A stretch of DNA of 60,416 nt, counting the filler, from Sphacelaria rigidula (Eukaryota): assembly GCA_964200075.2 (NCBI GenBank). It is 8 parts of 8 records of this genome, joined end to end, with 100 filler letters (N's around TTAATTAATTAA, not from the genome) between each part and the next. Parts side by side here need not be neighbours in the genome. Positions count along the whole stretch, not along the records: positions 45,390 to 52,853 come from CAXNAA020014813.1; positions 52,954 to 60,416 come from CAXNAA020014814.1; 6 more parts are not named here. The stretch is one strand, 5' to 3'. The first letter of the stretch is position 1, and each line of letters starts with the position of its first letter. Of this stretch, positions 50,079 through 60,416 are shown piece after piece. A model generated the notes under the pieces. The model had not been told where the DNA came from. It saw nothing but the letters and a program-made list of their open reading frames with translations, and searched no databases. Made by a program: the position numbers and the translations under genes.

Positions 50079-51254
50079 GAAGCGGTGTAATGGAAACAAA
50101 GAAGAGAAAAAGAGAAATACACTAGATGAGATAAAGCAAAGAGTATCAACCCTCTAACACGGTACCTTGAGAGTGTGCAGTTTACATCCTTTTGTTTCCG
50201 ATTTTCTTTATTTCGATTTCATATATATAGTTTTGGGAAGAATATACGAGTCGTTTTTTGAGTCTCTTTTTTTTCTTCCTTTCTTCGCTCCCTTCCCCCT
50301 TATTTCATGTAGATAAATACTTCTGGCGGATGGATCTTTTTGGGTTAGCCGTTTCTTTGTCTTCCCTGGGTTCCGTAGCCTCTTTTGCTTGTTTTCTACA
50401 GCCCTTTCTTGTCCTATAGCGCCTACGCGGCTCCTCTGTTTCTTCACAGCTTCGTTGTCCTGAATGGATGCGGAGTTGCGGTGCCCTTTTCCTCGCTGTG
50501 TACTATTGCAGTATATATATATATATATATATCTTTTTCTTTCTTCTGTGGTCAGCCCTAGTTCTGATTCATGCTTTTTTCTTGTTTGTCTCCGTGAATG
50601 CGCATCCGACTTTAGGGTTCCTCACTCTTTTCGAGTAGAAACAAATAATCTCGTAGAATCAGCATTGTACAAGAAGGGTGGGCACCGAGTACCTGCCTGG
50701 TGGACACTGCATCATGACAGAGCTCTTGATCTAAGATGTAAGAACCCCCGGTGTCCAGTAGATCAGCGGTTGCTGGTCGACGGGAGAAAAGCCTGCACAC
50801 TCCCATCAGCCAGCAAACGTATTGTTTTTTTCAGTGGATCAGCTTTTCGCGAGTCCCACACTACCCAGGATTGGTGTAACCAATGAGGGGCGTCTAAGCG
50901 CCGTTACCACCTGAAAATAGTTTTTGACGCTCTCAGTGGTTTCTGTTTCCAGTGTAACTGGGATCCCGGGACGACATAGCACATTCGAAAGCACTCGCTA
51001 TGATCCGAAAGGGCGTGAGAGAGATTTTCCTCAAACGATGAGGCTTTCCCCCTGGATGACAGGTTTGGCCCATCTTTTGATTTCATGACGAGTTTTTCCC
51101 GTGGTCATCGCTAGTCCTGAAACTCCGCGGTTTTCTCGTCGTTGGCGTGATATAAGGCTGATGGCATGTATGTGAGTGGATTTCCCCGGTATGAAATAAG
51201 CCGTGACATTCCCTACTTTGCATTGAGCAGCGCGCACAAAGCAAGAGAGGGGGG

Positions 51255-51427
51255 CGTTACGGCGGATACCAGTCGCTTATATAGAAGGCGCTCTCGATGT
51301 GCGTGATATGGGCGATAGGTCGTATTCCAGCCGTACGTTATTCGGGTTATATTCCAGTCGAGTTTTGCAGTACGCTAGTACCACCCGGCCGGTCAATCTT
51401 TTTAGCTACCTTGCAAGCCTTATAACA
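51255..51427 (+). repeat. Candidate 3' LTR of the Gypsy fragment
   Basis: Purine tract AAGAGAGGGGGG immediately followed by CGTTAC (TGTTA-like) ... ATAACA, with an internal TATATA. No second copy in the window. Confidence 0.35.
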
Positions 51428-52296
51428 AAGCTATCAGCCACCACCTGGAGACATCTCGCTTGCAAACAAGTCAAGAGCACTCTTCTGCACGCGAAAGTGA
51501 GTCCCTGTTTGGCCTTATGATGCAGTGCTGGTAGGACTCAAGGGTATGTTAGCCACGAGGGTCACTCCTCTCGACTGCGATCGTTCATTGCGGCCAGCCG
51601 GTGACTTCGTGCCACCCCTGGCCTGGTATGTTCCTTGAGAGTGATACCAGTACCACCTCGTGGTCAGACCTATACCCTGCTCCTGTTTCCGAGTAGACCT
51701 TTGCTGCCGAGAGCGCCATCGATTCCCCAACATTTTGTACCGGTTCCTATCCTTCAAGATCCCAAGATATCTACGTATCGCTTGGTGCTCCTTCTTGTTG
51801 GCCATGAGCTCAGTCATTGGTGCTTCTTCATGAGTATAGTAGGTCTCAACGTTATTGTTATGCATCATCCACACCCCTCCCCTTCATTTGACGCCTTTGC
51901 ACCAACTGTCGGAGGTTTTAGAATGATGTTAGACGAGATATTCATTGCCCAACGGAAATCGGGACAGCCTCGCGGTTATCTCACGACGTGACCAACCTCC
52001 ATGTGAATCTGACATGCCGGGTTGACCTTACCACTTATTCTCGTGTATAATTGTATTCTCCTCTTTTATTTTTTATTTGTCGCACTTTGAACCCCCCCCC
52101 TTCTTCGGGACGAGTCCGTGGTCTCAAGTGATCAACCCATCTCTCCCCGGCACATGCCTTGTATTGTGAACTCGCGGATTGGCTCAGCACTCCCGCACCG
52201 CGACAAATTTCTTCAAACAAACTCCGTCAACTACTTATTGTTTACTCACGTACTCACGATTTCGATGGTGGAAACCAGATACTTGAAAGGGAAAAC

Positions 52297-52366
52297 CCAA
52301 CGCATCGGGAATCGAACCCACGCTCTCTCCACTTTAATTACGACATGGACCATAGACCACCGGGGC
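52297..52366 (-). mobile_element. tRNA-derived (Pol III) SINE-like head
   Basis: Minus strand GCCCCGGTGGTCTATGGT (A box) ... GGGTTCGATTCCC (B box) at tRNA-like spacing; no full cloverleaf. Confidence 0.45.
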
Positions 52367-52489
52367 GTCGCGCCACTTCTGTGTTCTCGTTTTTGGCAGG
52401 TAGGGTGGTCAATCTGCCAGCTATTACGCACATGTGTAGGTTTTGGTCTTTGATTCATGTCCTACTTTAGGTGAGACAAAGAAAGTAAT

Positions 52490-52785
52490 GTTGGCTGGTA
52501 CTGTTTCGGTCCGAGGGAAGGAAAATGGGTAGTTGACTTATTTCATGTCCATATCCGGCCTATGTTTGGTCAGTACAAGGAAAATAATGGCTAGCTTCGT
52601 CATTTCATGTCTATGTCCGTGATGTGTTCTGGCTATGCAAGAAAAACTTGGCTAGCTTCGCAACTCCATGTCCATACCCGGCCTGTGCTCTGCTTGCGCA
52701 AATACATAGGATGGTAAGCTTCGTTACTTCGTGTCTATATCCGGGCCGTGTTCTGGTAGAGCAAGAAAAAATAGTTAGCTTCTGC
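52490..52785. repeat. Diverged ~61-bp tandem repeat (4-5 units)
   Basis: Recurring TAGCTTCG...TTCATGTCYATAYCCGG...GCAAGAAAAA units. Confidence 0.75.
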
Positions 52786-52853
52786 ATTTAACAGCCGATT
52801 TTATATTTTGCGATTCATACAAAATATGGGGCTGAAGTGGCATATCTCTCTTG

Positions 52854-52953
52854 NNNNNNNNNNNNNNNNNNNNNNNNNNNNNNNNNNNNNNNNNNNNTTA
52901 ATTAATTAANNNNNNNNNNNNNNNNNNNNNNNNNNNNNNNNNNNNNNNNNNNN
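52854..52953. other. Artificial scaffold linker 7
   Basis: Same 100-bp linker. Confidence 0.98.
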
Positions 52954-53380
52954 CCCCCCCATCTCTTCATATTTCTCGCTGTGTTGATCATTGGACACCC
53001 CTGACGAAATTTTCCAATAGCGTGCAGCATCTCGATCTCTGATGTGGACACGCTTTTAAAAGTATCCACGCTTGTGAAAACATTGATAGACGTTCCTGGG
53101 GTTCTGTGATCGCAGTCTCTTAGAAAGTGTCCACGGGCTGCCATTCCCCACGACCAGCAGCTTGCTAGTTGTGTGGTCTCAACTAACGAATCGCCCTATG
53201 TGCAAGACCATCACCCCATGTGTGCTCAACACTACATCCACCGAACCAGGGCACCCACACACACCCTGTGGTAGCCAGTCTTCCGTGGGGATATATAGTT
53301 GCTGTTGCTTGTCACAATAGCCATTTTGAAAAATCTAGCACCCGTGGTCACAAAACCGAGGGGCAAATATATAGAATACA

Positions 53381-53458
53381 GGGGGTGGGGGCGTACTCCT
53401 TCGTTGCTTGCCCTAGTCGTTTGACCATTGGCCACGCATTCTTTTCGGGATGGACGCA
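53381..53458 (-). mobile_element. ~75-bp C-tailed short interspersed element, copy 4 (more diverged)
   Basis: Reverse complement of the consensus; flanking repeat CAGGGGG at 53379-53385 and 53457-53463. Confidence 0.8.
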
Positions 53459-56400
53459 GGGGGAGGGGAGTGCTTATAAGTTCTCACCGACGGTATGTCG
53501 CAGGCAGGGTGTGAGTCAGAGGCGTGCGACGAGCTCCCCATCTTGAATGTTCCCTCTTGCTGATAGTCGAATACGACGACCAGACTATACCCTGCAGCCT
53601 GGGCATTCAGCACCTAATTGGTCACACGAGTTTCGACGTCAACGTTAATATTTCAAGACTTTCTAGATTATTGTAGGTAGCAAAGAGGGCCCATCGATGA
53701 AAATACATTCTCCTCGTCACTGAGGTCATATTTTCTTCTCTACAAGAAATGTATATACACAGTACACACATATATATATACATATAACACATGCCTGCAG
53801 GTGAAAAACAAAACACACATGGAGAGCAGACTATCCCGAGTTATTCTACTTTGTGGTAGCCATTTTCGAAACGTATTTTTACTCCCACTACTAAGCGCAT
53901 CAACACGCAATATCTGCCCCGCAAAATGACGCGTTGTATAACGCTCCATGCTCATGTTCTCTTGTTGACCGTGGCAAATACGTTGCCGAAGGTAAGGGGA
54001 AGGGACGAGGGAATGGTCGACATTTACCTTCTGAATATCTACTTCGTACAAACAGAACAGTTCTCACGAACTCGCCGACTCCTGGAGCGTCCGCAAATCG
54101 GTTTCCGGCAGTCGTACTCAAAGGTGCCCGTCCAACAGATTAGACGCGACCAGGTGCTTTACGGGCTTAGGCATACACTACTGTGGCTCCACATAACTCG
54201 TGAAATCGTCCTGCAGTCAAGGCCGACAATCGAATCAAGCCCTCTGTTCATGTAGAGGACGTGTTGTACACCGTTATGCTTTCAAACTGGACAGACAGAC
54301 ATCTGACACATTCTGCTGCGCCCCGAATCCATGGTTTCACTTGCACACACAAAAAAGGACCAAATATTCAGTTTCAACCGTGATCATCCGCACATACTAA
54401 CAACCCAGGACAGGTTCATTAACCCCCCCTCTCCCCCCATGGGGTTGGTGTCGGTCGGCAACGATGCTGTAAAACACATTAGAAGCTGGGCAACCAGGTA
54501 CCGTTTTTTGTGCGGTGGCCGTGATGGTGGTGGAGCTCGATCATATTGTGTGGGGTGGGATAACCCGAGCTCCGCGCTAAGGGGGGGATGATCATACTAC
54601 GTAGTGTTTAACGGTGAGACAGCCATGATGCAGTGTGTGATCCATAGCTGTCTCTGGAAGCGGCGATACCAGAAAATGAAGCAATCCGTTGGAGGCTCTC
54701 ATCCTAATGCAAGATGACCCGTACGCTTCAGGCCGAAATTTTTTTGCAAGATGCAGCTCACCCTTCATTCGACTCGCCGAACACATCACGGCGCTTCGCG
54801 CTCGGTGATTGACTGCGAGTCTGGTCCGGCGAAAACCCGCTGTGCTCCGTCCCGGCCTTGTATGGATGCGACATCAACGGCCATATGACTACGGCATACA
54901 CGATCATGAGTATACTCCTCCCTGCTTGGTGATCGATTACGAGCCTGGTGCGGCGAACCAGGCGTGCGCCGTTCCGACTTTACAGGGATGCGAGATCAGC
55001 GATCATATAACTACGGCATGGAAGATCATGAGTACCCCCCGCCCCGCCCCCCCCCGGGAACATATCAAGGTCCATGTGTAGAATACCCATAGAAGGGGAC
55101 TATTCCCACTACAAGACTTTGTACAGGAGTACCCAAGGCTCTCTTGACATGGCCCCACCTTTTGTTCGAAGGTACAACCGCTGGGATCATTCGGCAGCGA
55201 CCTCGACACCAACACTGCCGTGGGCAAAAGCTCCCCCGAAGCTACGGCGGTAGCAGCTGCAACACGTGCGGCTGCCTCCATCACAGCCTTATCGTTGTCA
55301 TGGCGGTGCGTCCGAATCCCGCCGCCGCGTAGACTTCGATTCGTCCCGGAGGCTTCAGCTGCGGCTTGTATCGGGGGGTGGAGCTCCGAGCAGGCGAACA
55401 TGTCCGGCGTGGCTGCTTGCAGATAGCCCTCAAATCCCTGTGGGATGGCGGATGACATCATCAATGCGCGCGTGTGCGCGTGCGTGCGTGCGTGGCGTTC
55501 AATGACTTTGAGAGGGAGACATTCAGCCATACTGCACCATCGCATGCGACATGAAAACCGAACCCCCCAAAGGACTACAGGCGGCATGCATACATACATG
55601 AACTGATTTCAATGGACACCTTCGAAGTTCGATTTGAGCACGAAATGATGGGAAAAAATAAGGACCAAATACGAAAGAGGGTATACCTTCACGATTTTTT
55701 TTTTTGGGGGGGGGAGGTACCGCTTCACAAAAATGGTACGCGCTTTAGCATAAAAGGGTACGTGTGGAGGTCGTGAGACTCCCGGTGACGGTAGGAATCG
55801 TCGGAGGTAGCGGATGATTTTCCTCGTGTGAGGTAGTTAAGGATTGACCGTAAGTCGTGGAGTTGAGGCAAATAGATCACTCGGGAAAGCTCGGCGAGAG
55901 CGAGCGAGTTAGCGGGAAGAAGTGATCTCCACAGATTGACCGCAAGTCGGTGGATAGATCCCTTTCAACTTGGGGGCCCAGATCCGGCTGCATAGATATG
56001 GGGGTTTCGGGGCTCCCGGGAACTACCCCTGTAACAGCCGTTCACAAGGTTACACGTCACAAAAAAAAATCTCTCCGCACAAACGAAAACGCCGATCTCA
56101 ACGTACACACGTGAGACAATTTTTGTAGCAGAGTACCTTGTGCCTCCTGGTTTGTTGACCATCAAGGGTAATTTAACAGGCTCTCCTTTTCCGCGCCGTC
56201 GTTAACCCGAATACCACGTGTGAGAAAACAAATGGTCGGGCATGCTGCTCAGGTACCTTGGGCCTGGGGCTGAGACGCTGGAGCGTGTTTCCGAGGTGGT
56301 CAGCTCGGGTGCGGCGCGGCGCCTAGAACCGAAAAAATCGGGACACTTCTCGTTCCAAAAACATGGGGGTATACCCTCTTTTGTATATCGCCTACATGAA

Positions 56401-59212
56401 GACACTACCTACAATTCTTCTTCTGCAGTCAAGTCCAGAAAGGGTGTACCTCGCGGTTGTTGACCGCTCGAGGGAGCACATAGGGTACAATGACCAGCGA
56501 GGTGTTCACAAAACAAATGTAGCTGTACTCACTGTTCATGGGTTGTGCTTTAGTTACGGCAAGCATCCACCGACCACTCGACAACGGGAACGGGCTAGGC
56601 AGAAAGAAGCGAAGGCTCTTGATACATATATGACAAGGCAATGCTACGATGGTGCACTCTTTGCGCAGAATCTTGTCTGGATCAGGGGCTCCTAGCGATT
56701 CGAGATGCACAAGAATATGGGTCAGGGCATCCCCGTTTGCAAATTCATTCGGGGTATATCCCTAGCACATTGAAATAGTAATCTTGGCAAACCCTCATAA
56801 ATTTCAAAGGTCGTGTCCTGGATGAGATTAAGGGCTCCTAACAATGCTAGCCTCAGAAAAATATTCGTGTACCCCTACCGTAGCATCACTCGACACCTGC
56901 ATGGTGGCAGCCGACAAGAGACTAGATCTCAGCCTTCATATGAAAAAAGTTCTCCCACAACACTAGAAATGAGCAGGATTCACTTGTTGGAAAGCTGTTC
57001 CTTCTATTCTTGTCGGGTTCCCGTCAGAGAGTGCTTCCGTTGATTATTTTCGGGTCCTACACATGTCGCTTGCGAGTACGGCTGGATTATGACTCGCAGT
57101 AGATCAATTGGTGTTGATGTCTGATGAACATCCAACCAGTCAATTCCAACTACACCACTGCGCCAACCCACCGAGAAGAGTACAGTAGGCACGCTGGGAA
57201 AAAACATTTCTTCCCCAGTTTCTCACAGATGAACCACATTCTCCAACGTCTAAGTTACTGATACCACATACGCGAAAAAACATTTTTTTTTCCCAACTTT
57301 GAGACAATCGCAAAATACAGCGCGCAGCATAACCGTTTTTGGTCGCCTGCAACCCACCGTACTCAAAACATGAAGCAGTCGAGCACGGCAACCAGCAGCA
57401 CTGCGCAGTACGGGAGTAGACGGGAGAGAGAGGGGGCGAGTATCGCGTACGCTTGACTACCAACCCAAGCGCAATCCCAAGCAATACAGTTGCACCACAT
57501 TCAATTCGTTTTTATAGCAGCTCAGACTCAAATCACGGCATAACTGCTGCTGCCAACAGATTTGCTGCACACCGTATTTCTGTAGAAAATCTCTCTGCTC
57601 AATATATTGCGGCGAGACACGCTGAATGCGACGGTGCCGGAGGCGGCAGACAAAAAGGGGCTGTCATGTGTGACGTGCCAACTGCTGAGTGCATTAAACG
57701 GTACAAACCGTACAGTGACCGCAATCTGTCGTGGGACAGTCCCCGTTGGTACCTACGCCAACATCAATCCGTTTTTGTGGGGTCATATACTACACGTCGC
57801 AACGACAGCTTCAACATGACATACACGATCATCACCCGAGTGTTCCTAGTCTATGTCTCGCTCTCAAACATACTCAAATAGCTGAGATATATGCGCAGGT
57901 CCGGGTGCAGATTCAGCCTTGGAACGCATACACTCGCTGGGCAAACACACTTCGGGAGAACCCTTTAGGCGACGATGCCCATTTCAAATACTTCACATGG
58001 ATAGGGGAAGTTGCTCCGATGACCTCGGTACCTGAGGAACTCTTGTGCAATTTGCCGATACCACCCCATGAACCAAAAAGATCTTCAAGAAAAACCAACA
58101 AGTGGCTACGCCATGACCAGTGAACAAATATCTAGTCTCGCGGCTGCGGCCACCATCAGATGTCCTTCGCTGTCCACTGGCGCTGTACGTGTCCATGCCC
58201 ATTTTTATGGTGTAGGCTAGTTAAGGTATTCGTTGTTTGAGACGGCGGTGACGAGGAGTATGCCACAGAGGCTGTTGAGGGCAATGCGGCGATCATCTAT
58301 ACACAGTAGGCAAGATCTAAGGTGCTCTGTCAATCTGCGACTTTCTATGGCGCGTCGAGAGAGAGAGAGAGAGCAACGATGACCTCGATGCCCAAGATAT
58401 CCACGCTGAACGGAAAGTAAGGCACGAGAGAGGTGCGCCATAAGCGACAAAATGCCCAGCGGCTTCCAGGATCGGCGAAGCGGCAAACTATGCCCAGAAA
58501 AGGGTACATACAAAGTCGTTTCGGGCTACTGCAAGACGATGGGCAGTGCAATAATATACTGATGGAATACCCTGAACTCGCAGCTGTACTGAGTACCTCA
58601 TCCTGGACGTTCGTTTACTTGTTCTTTAGGGTGTATGGTCACTGATTTATTGTCGCACGTTGACTGACCCCCTAGGGATCCACCCGTGGTCACATGATAT
58701 ACGTACCCGAGATTAACCTAAACGGAAAAACTCGGGGAAGGAAAGTGAACAAGACGGAGGGGGGACAGGCGCAAAGAGCAGACAAAAAAAAGACGCCAGC
58801 GAACCAACAACTAGAAATGACCGTCTTCTGAACGTGACTTCAGGCGGAAAAGGTCTTGCTCAAGAGCATATACATTCAAACCCAAACAAACAGACGAAAA
58901 ACAAGAAGTCGTGAGGACAGATTGCGGAAAATTCGGCCACACTGTTTTCGGTATGAGCTCTCATCCATTAAGCCTACGGAAGCGAGGCAATAATTTGCGA
59001 CGTATGCGGAAGCAAGGCACTAATTTGCGACGTGTGTACACCGGGAGGCAGTATCACACGTAGATTGACGTGGAGAGAAAGAGAGGACAGAGAAGGATAC
59101 TGCAGACGTGATCAATTCAAGTTTAGCATTCATGTGTGTGAAATGAGGAAGCGACAGGGGTTGACTGAAATCCAAGCGTGTCGCACCGTAGAATAATCCA
59201 AGATTGTGCTCT

Positions 59213-59850
59213 GTAGGGTACGGGTATGTTTCGTAGGGTATGGGATTCCTTACAGAACATACAGAAATATCGGGTACCGGTTGGAAAGTATCACAGAAAA
59301 TACAGAACTTGTCGGGTAGGGTATGGGAGGCTTACAGAAAAGCCGTACCAGCGATCGGGTATTACCTCAAGAGCATACCCTCGCTCCGGGTACGGGTTAA
59401 CATTATGTACGGAACTCACAGAACTATCGGGTAGGGTATGGAGGCTGCACAGAAAACCGTACCAGCAACCGGGTATCTCATCAAGAGCATACCCGTGCCC
59501 CCCGGTAACTGTACAGGAGGCTTACAGAACTCACAGAACTATCGGGTACCGGTGACTGCTGCCGAGATAGCCCCCGCCCCAAACCGGCCAAAAACGTGCA
59601 CGGAGGCGATGATCATAATTGCCGTTAAAGCTGGTTTCATGCTGCACGACGCGACTGATTTGGGCGTTGTAGCTGATTTCGGACTGCTACAAGCCTCTCG
59701 TGTGGGCGAAATTGCTGCAAACAAGCCCAATCGTGGGATCGCAGCCGGTTCGTTGGATGGTCTCCGGTGCACTTTTTGTTGGGGGGCTATCTCGGCATTA
59801 GTCCGGTGTGAAATTCTCACAGAAGTCACAGAACTGTCGGGTACTGTAGA
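59213..59850. repeat. Tandem array of ACAGAACTCACAGAA / TCGGGTAGGGTATGG modules, interrupted by a MITE
   Basis: Repeated modules across 59213-59553 that resume at ~59815-59850. Confidence 0.8.
59554..59803. mobile_element. MITE with GAC...GTC termini and 4-bp TSD
   Basis: GACTGCTGCCGAGATAGCCCCC / GGGGGCTATCTCGGCATTAGTC, flanked by CGGT on both sides; 250 bp. Confidence 0.85.
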
Positions 59851-60360
59851 AACCCGGGAAAATACCCCCTACAAAACGCGACCCTGGTATCATCATCACC
59901 CCCGTGGTGGGACCTACGTCACCAAAGTGGCGAACTCTTGATGACAGTTCACGACAAGTCTGAACGGCTTCATGGGGTTGATAGGGAAAGACTACATGAA
60001 CACTCGCAGTACAATAGTACATGTGCACGCGATCGTCAACATCAATCGGCTTCACGTACACTCCGAGAGAGTACAAGGAGCATTCACGGCTGCACGCTCT
60101 CTGGAAACCTTTCGGCACGACAAAATCGTCGACGGCTTCGACTTCTGGTGGCAGCTCATACCCTTTGCTGTGCACGTCGATAACGACCTGGGATTGATTA
60201 CCACGACAGAACCATCAACGTCGATGACGTGCGTCTTGCTACTTGATCCCTTGGTGGCACAGATGAACCGCCCCCGCTCGAGCCACCACTCGAGTCTGGG
60301 GGCGATCCATCCTGACGGTCTGGAATGCTGCCCATGTTTCGTGTTTTCCCACTCTGCGTA

Positions 60361-60416
60361 TAGTAGTCAGCGTCAGAAGTTTTCAGAATTCGTAGTCGTC
60401 CTTTTTTCTGAGTTTT
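60361..60416 (-). mobile_element. Terminus of the Tc1/mariner-like MITE (truncated by the window end)
   Basis: TA|TAGTAGTCAGCGTCAGAAGTTTTCAGAATTCGTAG... is the reverse complement of ~37971-38026. Confidence 0.85.

Noticed and set aside
52297-52366. Functional tRNA gene
   Set aside because: A and B boxes are present, but there is no convincing acceptor or anticodon stem.
7466-52953. TTAATTAATTAA palindrome recurring at ~7565-bp period as a biological repeat
   Set aside because: Always centred in exactly 100 bp of N padding; it is an all-frame-stop assembly linker.

Overview
Repeat-rich eukaryotic DNA, most likely from a brown alga (inferred from an EsV-1-7 Cys-repeat gene and the style of the Copia gag). 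The window is not one locus. It is eight short scaffolds of 7465, 7465, 7465, 7465, 7465, 7464, 7464 and 7463 bp, sorted by size and joined by artificial 100-bp N44-TTAATTAATTAA-N44 linkers, so adjacency across a linker means nothing. Main contents: (1) a 5'-truncated, uninterrupted EsV-1-7 repeat ORF; (2) a decayed gene for a FEN1/XRN-like (PIN-fold) nuclease fused to a CXC domain, probably transposon-borne; (3) a decayed Ty1/Copia element with a nested two-LTR mini-element that itself carries a foldback element; (4) an unclassified gag-like element joined to a Ty3/Gypsy integrase fragment; (5) a LINE RT fragment; (6) several MITE and foldback families plus minisatellites; (7) a ~75-bp interspersed element found in 4 copies plus 1 fragment, ending in a C-run and, where both flanks are readable, inserted beside C-runs with target-site duplications. 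All family assignments come from motif recognition by eye; no database search was run.
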